From positions 1,178,001-1,242,000 of the forward strand of contig CM022678.1 in NCBI GenBank assembly GCA_012295275.1: DNA of 64,000 nucleotides. Reading direction: 5' to 3'. This DNA is from Chrysomallon squamiferum. Its lineage: Eukaryota; Animalia; Mollusca. How positions within the stretch are numbered: position 1 is the stretch's first letter; every line of letters begins with the position of its first letter. Shown piece by piece: positions 11,561 to 25,968 of this stretch. The notes under the pieces are model-generated. The model ran no database searches and was not told where the DNA came from. It saw nothing but the letters and a program-made list of their open reading frames with translations. Both the position numbers and the translations under genes were made by a program.

Positions 11561-13561
11561 TCGGGTCTACACGACAGTGTCTGGAAAGAGCGATTGATAG
11601 TCCTGAAATTTGCGTCATGTAATTACCCTCCTGTGACCCATTCAGACACTTCGTACTTTGTAAACAGAAAAGAAGAGAGAGCACGTTCCTGATAATGGAG
11701 ACATTGGAGAAAAAAAAATATATATATATATAAAATTATTTTACCAAAATTAACAGACATACATCCCAAAATACACAGTTAACTCATATTGAAAATGTTT
11801 AGTAATAGTACTGTATGAAAATCAGCTGATGCAAAAATAATTGTAAAATATTTACTAAAATTAACTGTTACTAAATGACATGCATAAACACACACCACAG
11901 ACAATGACACACACACAAACACATACATACGTACGTACATACATAAATATAATATAAAAATTCACCTGCAAATTGAATTGGAGTTAGAAAAGGTGGACAC
12001 GAAATTCAACAGACAAGTTTGAAATGATGGGCAGGTCTGCAGCTGTCGTTTGATGTCAGGATCTGTAAAATTCACTTTAGGCTCAAAATAACATTTATCT
12101 AAGAGAAACAATAGAAATTATTTTTCTTTCAGCTACAATTGTTCATAGTTACTTCTTATAAACAGAAACGTGCAAATTCATACTGTACAACAATAGCAAT
12201 ATTTACATTCAACCAACGTGATAGAACAATAACTAGTTTCGTTATATAATACACAGCTGTACGTTAGATACTATACGTACCACACGATATGTTGTAAAGT
12301 GTGATAAGCTTATAGACGCTCAGCTGGTCAAGAGAGGAACACGAGGATAATGTTTTCTCTAGACAAATTATAGATGGCTGAAAGTTGCTGAAACAAAACA
12401 AAATGAAAATAATAATAGATAAAAAAACATTTTTAAAACGTCTACTTATTTTATAATAATTACTTAGATTTTAGTCTTCAACACATTTGTACAACAGTTT
12501 AAAAGACAAAAGTATGGAGGAAATTGACAAACCCGTCCGTTTTATTTATCCTTTCCTTAATATTACGATTTACATCTTGAGTTAACATCAGCATCAAACA
12601 TAAATTATTTTTGCCGATAATATTTATCAACAACTATCGATCTACTACGTCCACTACTGTATTACTACTACAGCCTTACTACTTCGACTATACTACTATT
12701 ATTAAAACCAATAAACGTAATATTATTATTAATAGACTATAACATCTACTACTACTACTATACTACTTCCACACTATTGTAGATATTATTATTGTTACTA
12801 CTACTTCTACTAAGCACTACTCCTCCACACTTCTGTGTATTTTGCTTTACGTGTACGTATTTCAAAAGGTAGATTCTAACACAGGCTGTTGACCTAACCC
12901 TCTGACATTTACGAAAGTGAGAAATCAAACATAATTTGAACACGTGGTTACAACGAATCATATTATGAAAAATACACGGCTGTTGTACATCGTGTGAAGG
13001 AAGTAGGAAAATAATATGTATAAATGGATAAAACCGAGGACAAAAAATAAAAGTAATAATAATAAATAATTTTTACATCTCTATTTAACCAAGTTCAGAA
13101 GGTACATTTAGGCAAATATAATCAAAAGTTTTAAGTGTGTAATTATAAAAATAGTATAATAAAAAAATAAAATACTAATTTTAACATTGTCAAATAAAAT
13201 CCTTTTCATGTTAAAATATACTAATATATTTCGAACATGTCTCCTACCTACAAAATACGTTCGCCTGGAAATTACGAATCAGTGAAATAAATTCTGTTTG
13301 ACAGTTCAAAAAACAGCTGTTGGCCTGCAAAACTAAGTTAAAATACATTATCAACAATGAAACCACAACATATTAACGGTAACGATGATAGTAGAGACAC
13401 AATTATAATATAGTTATTTTTGTAACTTTAAAACACAGACCAGTGTTACTTATTTTAATTACTTATGAGTGGTACACACACACACGTACATACGTTCATA
13501 CATGATTACATATTTTACCTGTGAACACGGTCGCTAGGACAAGGAGCTGGTAGACAGCCAT
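11561..13561 (-). CDS. Uncharacterised secreted Cys-rich protein, possibly a pseudogene: exons 13561-13519, (degenerate approx. 13002-12899), 12387-12281, 12062-11966, 11688-11561
   Basis: Signal-peptide exon MAVYQLLVLATVFT|gtaaaa, then GT-AG exons with matching phases 2-1, 1-2, 2-1: NFQPSIICLEKTLSSCSSLDQLSVYKLITLYNISC / DPDIKRQLQTCPSFQTCLLNFVSTFSNSNSIC / RNVLSLLFCLQSTKCLNG...SRHCRVDP. The exon 2 candidate (PCIFHNMIRCNHVFKLCL...KCQ) has defective splice sites. Confidence 0.6.
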
Positions 13562-14643
13562 GTTGTCAGCTCCAACACTAAATATATCTACGTAATAAAA
13601 TATTCAGTTTTATTTTTATTATTTGTTTAACAATAACTGTGTGTGCGTTTATTGAATATTCTTCTTACAGAGATTTATTATGAATGCTTAATGCACCGTT
13701 CATTTTAAATGGCAAGAAAAATGTAAGCAACTGTGCTCTTAAAAATAAATTAAATAGAGCGAAACAAAATACATACATAAATAAAAACATATATACAAAA
13801 TGCATTACCATCACCATTTATGTGCATTGTTCGTAACTGTAGTATAGTGGCTTCACTAACTACATTAATTTTCAAATAGAAAAAGTGAACAAGATTGTGT
13901 TGAAAACTGTACACTTACACTATATACTTCAGATGAATCATGCAGGCTATGCAAGCAAGTGAAGCAGAATACACAGTTTGTAACTACTGAGTTAGCATGT
14001 TATAAAAAAAAGAATGACTCATAATAAAGTTATCGTTTTAAATGGAAAACGAATAAGGGTTGAAACAACGACTGAAAATGAACACGTTAGTGATGATGTT
14101 AGAAAATAATAACCAGTAAACAACATCGTGATAGCGTTTGCTGAAAGCTACGCAAATCAGAAACCAAGACAAGCCAGGTGAAGAAGCAAATCATGGATCT
14201 TTGAGGAAAACTTTGGCACCTGCTTGAAGAGACAAGTCTACTACACGCACGCACACGCACACACTTACCACTTTAATGTAAAACAAAACAAGTATTTCAA
14301 AATGTACACATTTCATTTACTTTACATCTCAGCTATAGATATAGATAATTATGCCAGAGAAAATACAAAATATACAACAATGTAATTAATTTGACACATT
14401 ATCTTTTGATATTAAACTGTTCACGTAATATGTCAATTTCCACAGCTTTCAGAATTCAATACTAATAAAACAATATACTAAAATTTTCACAATACATTGA
14501 ATAGAGATTGAAGCATCAAATATATATACAAAATTATTACAGAAATATATGTTTTCATTATTAGAAATGTTTCAGAATATTTGAACAGAAACTGCATTAC
14601 ATATTTCGATAAACTATGTCTGTTTGAACTGACTTATTAATAT

Positions 14644-14694
<51 letters not shown>

Positions 14695-14819
14695 TTTCGT
14701 TGATACAAAGACATATTTCGACTTTTTATTATTTCTTTTTTTATAATGCAATTGTATTAGTTCATAATTGTTTTTGTGAGTATTATTTTTAAATTAAAAA
14801 GCAAACGCCAGAGTTCGGA

Positions 14820-14970
14820 TTCACCGTAAAACGAACACCTCCCAACAAAAAAACAAACAACAACAACAACAACAACAAACAAACAAACAAACAAACTCGG
14901 TTCTACATCCCGACACGATTCCACTATCTAGAAAATTATAGAGATCAGTTCTATTACGTGATGACGTCAC
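14820..14970 (-). promoter_or_regulatory. Possible first exon/promoter of the minus-strand Cys-rich gene, with a palindromic CRE TGACGTCA at 14962-14969
   Basis: CpG-richer patch, CRE octamer, minus-strand donor-like sites near 14825, 14267 and 13918. Confidence 0.3.
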
Positions 14971-15309
14971 TGATCGTAGCAGTGTTACTGTCAAACGTTG
15001 ATATGTGTAATGATAAGTCACTCTCAAAAAAGAAACAACTTGGAAGTATAAAGAATTTTACTAAAAAATATCTGTTCTTACTGACACAGGTTCACTGTAA
15101 AGTCGAAGAAACACTGGTGTATATTTCTACGATAAAAAGTAAATCTATTGTTCTATTCACAGTTGTATTCACTGTTAAAATTATATACGTATCAAATATT
15201 TTACCTGAAACTGGCACATAACTGAATAATAAATAAATAAATAAATGAATGAAAGGAAATGAAATCAATCATTAATATTATAATGAGAAATGCATCACAA
15301 GCATTCATA

Positions 15310-16510
15310 AGTAATTTACAGTCTGTTGTGTTTTTAGGAGTGTCCAAAAGTTTCTGTTAGAGGTCGTTATCTGTTATTCATTGTTTTCCTATTTCAGTAA
15401 GTTGTTCTGGCTTCTCTGTATTTTCTTCTGAGTGATTTGCATTTACTACCAAACCATGCCTTATTTCCTCGCTTGGGGGTAAATCTTCTACAATATCCAA
15501 ATGTATTTATTGTTGTGTTCACGAATACGTTACTGATACTGTTCAAGTGGTTTTAAGCTGTTCGTGTGAAAAAGATTCACTTAGCTTATCTAAATCTGTG
15601 ATAATAGTCGTGATGGTTTCTTTATTTACATTTTCACTGTATTTGTCAGCTAGATGTTTATTTCATTTTCGGAACTTCAGTTCAGTATCGTCAATATCAT
15701 CTATTTGTTGTTTCATTTTTGAAACTCTGGAGGAAATAATAATGTCTGAATATAAAGGTTAAAAATCAAGAACTTCACATTTTGAGATTTTCTCTAATAC
15801 ACATAGAAAGACTATAGCATAATCAGCTATACTTGTTACCTTACAAGTAGTTTTACAAATATTTTTATCATTACCAATTCTTCTATTTGCAATATACATG
15901 TTGCTATTTATGCAAAATTCAGTAAGTTTATATCCATGGTTATTTGGCCTACCAATATCCTGACTTTTTCTTTCTAGAGAAATTCTAAAATGTAGCAGAT
16001 CGTTTGGCTCGTTCATAAAATTAAAAAATTCATCTGAAAACTGTATCATGTTATTTTCTTCAGTTTCACACATTATTTAATCTGGGAATCTCCGTGTTTT
16101 TGCGTTAAAGTCGCCAACGAGATCAATATTATTTTCAGTAGATATGTTACTAAGTTCGTCTTATCACTGTTAAAATAATGAGAGCCTTCAGGCGGTATAT
16201 ACACAACGCCAATAATTATATTATATATTCTTCTAGATACCACTGGATCTTTAAATTTAAACCATAATACATGTTCACATGGTTTTTGATAAACACATAC
16301 TTATGCATATGCCACCCGATTTAGCACTTGATTTTCCATTTCTATTATTTCTATATACTGCATAACCTGGTATTTCCACCTGATCAGTATCGTCAAGTTT
16401 TGTTTCTACTAAACACAAAATATCAAACTGATTAAAAAAGTTTAAAAATTCAGGTTATAGTCAGTTTTGTTTTCAATCCAGATACATTTAAAAATACAAT
16501 ATTTGCAGAA
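15310..16510 (-). mobile_element. Degenerate non-LTR retrotransposon (CR1/L2/RTEX-type) ORF2 APE endonuclease fragment; RT absent
   Basis: Minus-strand motifs in the expected order: FLNVSGL, DILCLVETKLD, KSGG, GVVYIPPEGS, LVGDFNA, RKSQD...NNHG..L.EFC, SIADY, AWF; broken by stops and frameshifts. Confidence 0.85.
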
Positions 16511-19500
16511 CTAGTAGCTTTGTCTCTATTTGTGTAAAAGTGGTGGTTCGATACTTCATCTTGATTGTCGCCAGCGTCAATCCTCCGGCCGTCCTAGCCA
16601 GGATCTTTCTCCGGTGAGGAGTAACTGCGGGCACTTGTGTCTGAAACGACTTTCGTTTGTGTTTTTCTTAAGAAACGATTACGAAGTAATACACTATAGA
16701 ACCAGGAAAGAACAGCATTATTTTCATTTATTTATTTATTTATTACATTATATAGTTAAAGAAACAAATACATAGTTAGTTTTAATTACAGATTAATTAA
16801 TGAACTAATTTATTAGATTGAATTATATGTTTGTGTAAACAACAACAACAAATAAAAAAAGCACCAATAAGAGAAGCGGTGTTTAAGTATAACCACTGCT
16901 GATGAACGAACAGTTTGTAAAAATAATAATGTGTTCTTTGTTCAGTTGTCTTATAAAGTAGTCGATGGAGGAATAACATTTCTACGTAATAACTGATTAT
17001 TTGAATATCAAACTGAAATTAATTGATGCTGATACCATTCAACCTATTAGGGAAGTTATAGAAAGTGAAATATAATTATGTTAAGTAATTCGTTAAAATT
17101 ATTTTGAAATTTTAGTCAACGTTAATAAAGTAATATGTTCATTTCAATGTACTGATTTGGTATAATTAAAATGTAATACTGAGCTGTAATTCAAAACGGC
17201 TAAAACTGGCATTCCTTATTACAATTATATTTATTGGTTGCTTTTGTTCTTGTTTTAATCTTTTGTATTTTTTTATTATGTTTAGTTTCTGTAATGTATT
17301 TTTCTAAACAGTTTAATGTGGAGTGTCTTCTCTTTGAAATCATTTCTTACGAGATTAAAATTATTTTATTGTTAAATTTCTTGTTTTGCTTTATATTAAA
17401 TTAATTATTAAATTACATTAATGAAATTAATAAAGAAATTAAACCAAAGATAAATAGTACTGACTTGGTAAATGTTTCAGAATGAAAATTTTATTTTTAC
17501 TACTCACTATTCTCTACCATTACATTTTAAAAATAAAAAAAACTCACTGTTCAAGGTCATGTAACATTAAGGTCAGACCATCGTCACATGATCTAGACAT
17601 GTACATATTTAAAATACTTAACGTGAGTTTTGTCACAGAGAACTAACTAGGAAAGAATAGACTTTATTGTTATACAAGTGTGTATTACTTTTATTATAGA
17701 AAATAAAATGTGCCCAGTTTTAAAAATAAGTGTAATAATGGACATTTTAAAATTTAACTGCGATTGTGACTGTTCCATTTATATTTATTGTATTTTTGAA
17801 TAGTTTATTATGTGTGCATATCATTGTCACATGTATATATTTTAAAAAAGATATCGGTGTTCCGAACATAATGATAATAATAATAATAATAGCAAAGGAT
17901 GTATTTTTACTTCGTTAATTCGACTTTATTAGTATAGAGATTAGTAATAATTAATAATGAAATATAATAACAAAACAATTTAAATAATGAAATAAAAAAA
18001 TAATAAAATAATATATCTATATGTGAATCACTTTTATGTAACGCCTTTTGTTAATTAATCTGGTTTCTGTTGGAGACTAAGATTAAGTGTGAGAAATTGT
18101 ACACAGTGTTCTGTTTCAGTGTTAAATTTCTAAGACCTGTAGAACATAAGCTGCAAATAATATTTGGTTTCCAAAAGCTGATGTTTATATAATGTGATGC
18201 TAAAAAGAATGCGCGCTATTCTTTACTATAAAACAGATATCAGTACCGAATACAGAACTTCCGTGGAACCTAATGTTATTGAACGAAGTTGAGAAGTTAA
18301 TTAGCTGATTATGAAAGAAAATATATCTATTTTGATTATTATTTTTGTGTTGTTGCCCTTATATTGTGTTGTTCGTTCTCTCTGCTTTCTATATAGATAC
18401 ATCCAGTAAAGATGATAAAGTAATGCTAAAACTGTGCATATAATAATTTTATTACATCAGTAGTTTCAGTCGTATCACAACTATACTTAATCATTCACTA
18501 TATATATTGATGGAGTATCTTCTCAATAAAATGAATTTTGACAAACGGTAATGAAATATTTAAATTAATTATTGTTAAATTTCTTGTTTTCGTTAAATGA
18601 AATTATTTATCAAATTAAGAATTCAGAAATTAAACGAAAGATTAATAATACGATATCAGCTGGTTTTGTGAATGTTTGAGAATGAAGAGTTTATTGTTAA
18701 TGCCCTGTTTTCTCTGTCGTTACATTCTAAAATAATCAAGCTCATTGGTCAAGGTCACTGTTACTTTAAGGTAAGATCATTTTTATGATTTCTAGATACG
18801 TTCTACTTTAAAATATTTAACATGAATTTTAATAGGAAAAAAATCTTTACTGTCTTAGAGGTGTTTATTATTTTATAAAATAAAATAAAATTCGGCTAGT
18901 TTTAATAAATAAATTGTTTAATGGGGAGTTTTTGTGCTGAACTGCCAGTGTGATTGTTCAATGTTTTTAAGTAGTTTATTATGTGTATATCATTGTCATT
19001 GAGTGTTCGGAAGATGTGAATACTACTACTGCAACAACAACTACTTCTACTACTACTGTTTTCTTTCTAAGCACAACTGTCAAGTCCACTGAATTTATTT
19101 TCACTCTACTGCAACCTGTTTATAAATTAAAAATTGTGTTGTATGTATGTGAGTGTGTGTGTGATGTTTGTGTTCTATACTGTATATAGACACATGTATC
19201 CAATAAAGATAATAAAATGATGCTTACCCAGTCCCCAGTGTCTCTGTAAAACTGATAAAAACAGTTTTATTAAATTATTGATTTTATTTGTACAATGACA
19301 GTGAAGTACAAACATAAATATACAATAACCTTACTCTACGAAGTTAAAAACAAAACTGATATCTAAGACAAAAACCAGTTAGTTATCTTTTTTTTGTGGG
19401 GGGGTTCTGTAATCCTAAATGATATATATTGTCTTTTATAAACACATATGAGTACCGTTTACAGAACTTTCGGTCAGCTTTACTGTTATCGAGGGAAGTT

Positions 19501-19944
19501 AAGAAATTATTTAAAAAAATGTGATTTATTTGTTGTTGTTTGTATCTGTAAGTCTTTGTTTACTCTCTTTCCATTCCTTGTATGTTGTTATACATGTATC
19601 CAGTAAACATGATAAAGTAATGCAAGGTGTGTGCATATCTGAGATGAATAATTTTATTACACCAGTCATTTCAGTTCTACTACCACTGTACTTAATCTCT
19701 CATTATATAGGTCTGTATATATATCTATCTATATAAATAAAGATGAAACGTATAATTGAATTAAAGGCTATAAATTAAAAATATGTTTACGAGTTAGTGT
19801 ACTCAAGAGACTGAATGAAAGTTAAACGTAGTGTGATTGAGAAATCAAATTAAATAATTAAATAAACAATGTCTGTGGTGACACGAAAAGAAAGTAGTCT
19901 TCCTTACTTGATGTACAACATAAGTCTTAATAGCAATCATAATT

Positions 19945-20311
19945 GCGTGTGTATGTGTGTGTGTGTGTGCGTGAGTGTGTATGTGTGTATCTGTGTGTGT
20001 GTATCTCTGTGTGTGTGTATCTGTGTGTGTATGTGTGTGTATGTCTCTGTGTGTGTATCTGTGTGTGTATCTCTGTGTGTGTGTATCTGTGTGTGCATGT
20101 GTGTGTATGTCTCTGTGTGTGTATCTGTGTGTGTATGTGTATGTGTGTGTGTATGTGTGTGTGTGCGTCCGTGTGTATGTGTGTGTATCTGTGTGTGTAT
20201 CTCTGTGTGTGTGTGTATCTGTGTGTGTGTGTATGTCTCTGTGTGTGTATCTGTGTGTGTGGATGTGTGTGTGTGTGTGTGTGTATGTCTCTGTGTGTGT
20301 ATCTGTGTGTG
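19945..20311. repeat. Compound (TG)n/(gtatct) microsatellite
   Basis: Seen directly; it generates spurious VC- and HT-rich ORFs. Confidence 0.95.
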
Positions 20312-20710
20312 CGGATGATCCACAGAGCGAGCAGACAGCGTAGAATTTGTAACAATTCGTAAGTTCACAAGATTCGACTTTTACCCTGATTTCGATTGAC
20401 AGGTTGATAATTGTTTTACTACATTGCTATTAGTAATGGCTGTTGATTGTTTATTTATTCCTCAGTATATTTTATTTTATTTTGTTTTATTCTTTTTACG
20501 GAGAACCCGGATTCTAACATCTGAAATTCAACTCACGTTTGCGTTTTCATTTAAAAATAATACACACCAACAATTGTGAACTAATAAAATTATTATAGAT
20601 AAATAAATAAATAATGAACAAAAATATATTTATAGTATTTTTTTTTTCATCGCATAATAAAAAGTCGAAATCTATATAGTATATTTGTTTTATGAACAAA
20701 CATTGTATTG

Positions 20711-20779
<69 letters not shown>

Positions 20780-21014
20780 GTAATAATAATTAATAAGTAG
20801 CCTCTACGTATACGTTGTTGAATTATCTCGTAAAGCAGTCGATAGAAAAATAATTTTGGGGAATAACTGATTATTTAATATATATATTGTAAAATAGTTT
20901 ATTTAGGAGTGTAAAATAATTATGATTAGCCACAGAAAAATGTTTCGGTGTAAAATATTTGTGACAAGATTTATGACATGAACTTTGTTACTTTCTTTTT
21001 TCTTTTTCTATGAA

Positions 21015-21100
<86 letters not shown>

Positions 21101-23896
21101 GTAGTAGTAGTATTTGATTGTTATTAGTTTTTTTATTTATTTATTTATTTATTTAGTTTTTTGTTGATAATCGTTTAATATGGAATTTCTTCTCATTAAC
21201 ATTTTTGACAAGGCATTGCTAAATATCTCGACTTCACCGAAGAATAATTTAATTATTTTATTAAATTACATCCCTACGATAAATTAAATAACGGATAAAT
21301 ACTATAATACTATAATTTTATATTGTTTGAAAATAAACTTTTAATATTAAAACTTAATGATAAAAGCGACTAAGTTCAGGTCATTGTCACGTCATCTAAA
21401 CAGTTGAAATAAAGTCAGTTTTGTCACGTAGACACGAGCAAGAAGAAAAATGTGTTCCTTTTCAAGTGATTATTTTCTTTACACAAAAATAGAATATTAT
21501 TTACAATATCCAGAAACCACTAAAATAATTTTTTTACCAGTATTTACTTTTTATATTTGCTCTCGGACACACGTATAAACTTGGTATTGGCGTCGTACTG
21601 TGCAGCTGCTAGCAAGTCCTGAATCAGCTGAAATTGTGTTTTTTTCCCACCTCGGCACAGATACACTTTTGTTCAGATACCACAATAAAGAGTAACGTTT
21701 CCCTTTTCCAGTGAACTGTTTGTCTTTGTTTTAATTAATGTGTGTGAGGTATGATTTTTGCCCTTGAAGAATCAAACAGCGTGGCATGCCTCTCAACGTG
21801 TCGCAAGAAAGCACATGGTTTTGTTTCTGCACACCCCATTCGCGTTAAAAAGGCTAAAGTAATCTTATAAAATGATGTTTTCTTTTCATAAATCAAACGA
21901 AACTTTGTTTCATAATTAAAAAATAAAAAAATAAAAAAAAAAAGTAAAAATATAAAACAAACAGGTTTTTAGACTGAAAGTTCTCTTTCATTCCGCAAAA
22001 AAATACCCGAAAAGAACAATTTCTGCACTTTATAAAAAAAAAGAAAACAAAAACAACAAAAAAAACCCCACAAAAAAACCCAACAAAAACAAATGGAGAT
22101 TATTCTGAGGATATCATGGTGAAAATGCGTGGAGACTTAAAAGACGGTCACTCTTTGTTCAGAGGTGAACTTTGACATGGATCAGTGTTCTCACTAAACA
22201 AGTGGATGGGAATGTGTTCTGAAGGAAAGTACAAGAGATCACCTTGAAAACAATAGAATGAAGGGTTGTATGAATAGTAAAGAGTACTGATATTTATATA
22301 CAGTTTTTTGTTATTTGTTCAATTATGTATGTATGTTTGTGTGTTTGTGTGTGTATGATTATTTTTTTCTTGACCTCCTCTTGCTAAAAAATACTAATAG
22401 TTTTTGTTCGAGGAAGTTGATGTTAACGAGTTCAAGGGAGATAATTTGTAATCGCTCTGTTGTGGATTTTAACCAGTTTGAGTTTGACATTAGTTTGTTT
22501 TGAACTTACATTTCCGTTCATTCAGTTGAATAATTGCATACGTTTTCTTGAAATAACAATAACAATAATAATAATAATAATAGCATGGCTGTAACTAGAC
22601 TATTATTGAAATGAGGAAAAACAACAACAACAACAACAACAAAACATTTAATCGTCGAGCGGGGACCGCCTAAGTCATAGACATAAATGAATTCATTTAG
22701 TGGATATCGTTTCTATCGGAATAGAGATTTATATTTTATGTCTTTAAAATCTTTGAGAAAAAAAATCTTCAATTTCGGTACGAGACATTTACCTCATTTG
22801 CCTCAGTGTAGTTATGGCCTTAAATAAAAAGGAAAGATGGAAATACAAAGATAAAGTTCTTTGGTTAGACCTAATAAATTGGCACATATTGAAAGTTACC
22901 AGATGTTAGCATCAAATGGCTGCATTCTGAAACAGGATAATCCTTAAGAATATCATAATTTGTTTGAGAAAAACAGATTAAAATGTACTTATGTGCATAT
23001 TACAGAATATGTTAGCGAAGTGAACTGTTTGTGAGCTGAGCTCAGTCATTTCACCCCACCCCAAGTCACGTACATGTTTGTAGTTTGAAGTATGTATTCT
23101 TATGTCTCTTTTTGCACAGATCTTTTCATCGTGAACAAAAGGCAGGATTATGATTAGGTATTTTATTGTATTTTAAAGTATTGACTCCAAATGTCGTCAA
23201 ATTTTAGGGCCAGTTTTGAGCTGCTAGGTCAAATCTAAACAGGGAATGAATTTTGAATAAATAAATAAATAATAAATAAATAGTATCTATATATTAAATT
23301 CTTAAAATATCTGCATAATGAAATTTCTCTGTATAGACGTGTGAAAGATATGAACTGACATAAATCAGGATTTTCTTTAAACGATGTGTGGTTTTTAAAG
23401 TTGTTTTATTGAAATTTTTGGAGAACATCATCAACTGCACTGTTGTTCGAATAAAGATAGAAACATAATTTTTTTTTTATGCTTTCTTTTTGTAAAATGA
23501 TCTATAAGATAGGGGGAGGGAAATAATAAAGAAAACATAAAATAAAATAAAATAAGACAGTTTTGGTTCCAAGATTAAATTTACTTGCCTGTATCTACAT
23601 ATGCACGCATTCTGATATGTTACTACGAATATGTTTTTGCACTAATCGGAAGTTTCTACGTGTAAACCACGTTTACCGGTCCAAGTCCACAACCCGGTTA
23701 ATATTTTACGTGATTTAAAATGTCGGCATGTTGTATCAGCAAATAAAATGCTAATGAAATCTGGTAACGTATATTTTTTTTTGTATTGGGATAAATATAT
23801 AATTCCGTAGATTCTTTACATACTTTTTCTTCTTCTTCTTCTTCTTTATGTGTGATAAGTTTTCTTTGTTTTTGGTTACGTGGCATTAGAATAATC

Positions 23897-23910
23897 CAAA
23901 ATGGCGCCGG
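23897..23910 (+). promoter_or_regulatory. YY1-type motif CAAAATGGCG in putative promoter copy A
   Basis: ataatcCAAAATGGCGccgg in a CpG-enriched patch, conserved in the paralogous block at 38220. Confidence 0.45.
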
Positions 23911-24472
23911 TATTCATAAACAAATTGCGTTGTAATTGTTTACTAACTGAAATTCTCGAAAGGCTTAGGAAATTAATTTAAAAATTAATCCGCTCTTGAA
24001 ACCTTCCATCCTATCTGTATAGTTATCAGTCTGTGATTAGACTCAGAAAATATGATTCGGCAGTCAGTATTATAATAAAAGTTACGCCTCTTTTCAGCAA
24101 ATTATTTGTAAATGTGAGTGCGTCCCCATTTCATGTAGCGTAATAAAACCACGTAGAAGTTTATTTATTGTGCCAACTGCTGTTTTGAAATAAACAATTA
24201 ATCGAATTGTAATCCCACATACATCTACATAAACTAGATGACACAGTACAAAAACGGTACAAACAAGCACATTGTGTTTCTGTATTGTTATTTTGATTTT
24301 CTCACTCTCTAGTTCATTTTATTATTATTTTATATCTAGTAAATTTAATTTTGTTGATATCTAAATATTCAAATTTTCTCACAATCTATGTATTTGGATT
24401 TTCTGGCAGAAAAAAAAAAGTGTAATAACTGTTTCTGACAAATTCCCTTTTAATCAACTGAAATTCTGTATA

Positions 24473-25807
24473 GGGTCATTCCGTGTCAAATCACCCAATG
24501 GGTTAAACCCGACCATCTCAGATTTTTATAAAACTTGGTATACTTGTTGACTGGGATCCCACAGCACCAAATCTGAAATATTAGCCCAATCAGACCAGTG
24601 ATGTGTCAAAAATGGGCGTGACTACTTCCCTCTCTCGGATATTTCTACAACTTTCTAACAATTATCTATCAATTAACAAAGATCAACAGAGTAATTCTCT
24701 TATAAAATCTTTAAAAATTATGTTGCAATTTGAATAAAATAAAAATAAACAGTAATAACAAACAATAATAAAATACTGTACATTAACAAAAGTAGGAATA
24801 ATCTTGGAAGAAAACAAAAATCACTTATAAAAACTGAATATGTCTTAAAAACAAACAGTAATAAGAAAATGAAATATAATGAAAGAATAATTCCTGCTAA
24901 AGCTTAAAGATCTAAGAAAAACAGATTTCAATATTTCTGGTCCATTTAATTAAGCAATGGCTTAGTTTGGTTTAGACAATAATAATTAACAGGGATTTAA
25001 AAACAAGAAAATTAATAAGCAATTGATAAGAAACAAGGGAAAGTTCTGTCAAATGAATTGAAGGAGGAAATAGTCCAGTTTTATGAAAGTGATGAGAAAA
25101 GTAGAATATGTCTGGGAATGAAGGATACAGTCAGCATTTGAAACAGATGGTGAGAAGATTAAGCATCAGAAATACCTAGTTCTCTCAAATTTATGTGAAC
25201 TTTATGCATACATGTAGGCCTACAATGTCTTACTTGATGATCAAGAAAGATGGTGATTCCTAGCATCCAGAATTGATCATTCAGGTTTTAGTTAATCAGA
25301 TGTTAATGGCTGAAAAGGTGTTATTTTCATGTATGTGCATTTTTTAAATCTATATTGTGGCTAAACAAAAAATATTACACCCAGGAAACTTTTATATGTT
25401 TTAGTTAACATGTGGGAGATTAAATTTCAATAAAGGTCATCTGAAGGTCACATGATCCACACGGTCAATTTCAAGGTCATAGCAAAGGTCAAAAGGTCAG
25501 GGTACTCCAATATTTTCCAAACTAAACAAAAATGGCAGATTTGGAATCCTTGTCATTTTGCCTTTCTAACAATATCAATTTTATGAAGATTGGCCCAGTA
25601 ATTCCTGAGATATAAGGGTTCTAAGGTTGGTGGCCACACCCATTTTTGGCAAAAATCTCAAATTTCGGTGGGCCATATCTCCCACACCACTGGTCTGATT
25701 GGGCTAACATTTCAGATTTGGTGCTGTGGGATCCCAGTCAACAAGTATACTGAAACGATCGGGTTTAAATTTCTTCTTTTTTGGGGTGATTTGACACGGA
25801 ATGACCC
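24473..25807 (+). mobile_element. Internally deleted Sola2-like DNA transposon, copy 2, with both TIRs
   Basis: Termini GGGTCATTCCGTGTCAAATCACCC ... GGGTGATTTGACACGGAATGACCC (24-bp perfect inverted match, imperfect to about 130 bp). Transposase remnant at approx. 25025-25210: KQGKVLSNELKEEIVQFYESDEKSRICLGMKDTVSI/DGEKIKHQKYLVLSNLCELYA. The element is absent at the paralogous site near 40050. No clean TSD seen; superfamily assigned from recalled motif. Confidence 0.8.
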
Positions 25808-25870
25808 ATTTGTAATATTTAGAAACAATTGGAATAGCACTAGCAAATCTGTGTGTGTTTCAGGTTGACT

Positions 25871-25968
25871 ATGGTTACTCGACAAAACAGCAGAACAGAT
25901 GAGAAACACAAAAACCAGAGCCCATCACCACAGCCTAAAAAGATGAAAAAGAACAAATCCACAACAAG
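25871..25968 (+). CDS. Candidate first coding exon (exon 25864-25968), MVTRQNSRTDEKHKNQSPSPQPKKMKKNKSTT; phase-compatible with the NLR-like exon at 48226
   Basis: tgtttcag| at 25863, ATG at 25871, AG|gtgaga donor (phase 2); lies downstream of promoter copy A. Confidence 0.45.

Larger units (their letters stand above)
16780..24470 (+). repeat. Segmental duplicate A, a diverged paralogue of approx. 30560-40050
   Basis: Collinear matches at 16870/31400, 17360-17830/31760-32170, 19186/32859, 22200/36070, 22870/36500, 23560-24200/37880-38430 and 24200-24470/39800-40050. Confidence 0.8.

Noticed and set aside
16084-16093. NF-kB-like site GGGAATCTCC
   Set aside because: Single match inside the LINE coding remnant, expected by chance.
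19869-20368. Five overlapping VC- and HT-rich ORFs
   Set aside because: Translations of a TG microsatellite.
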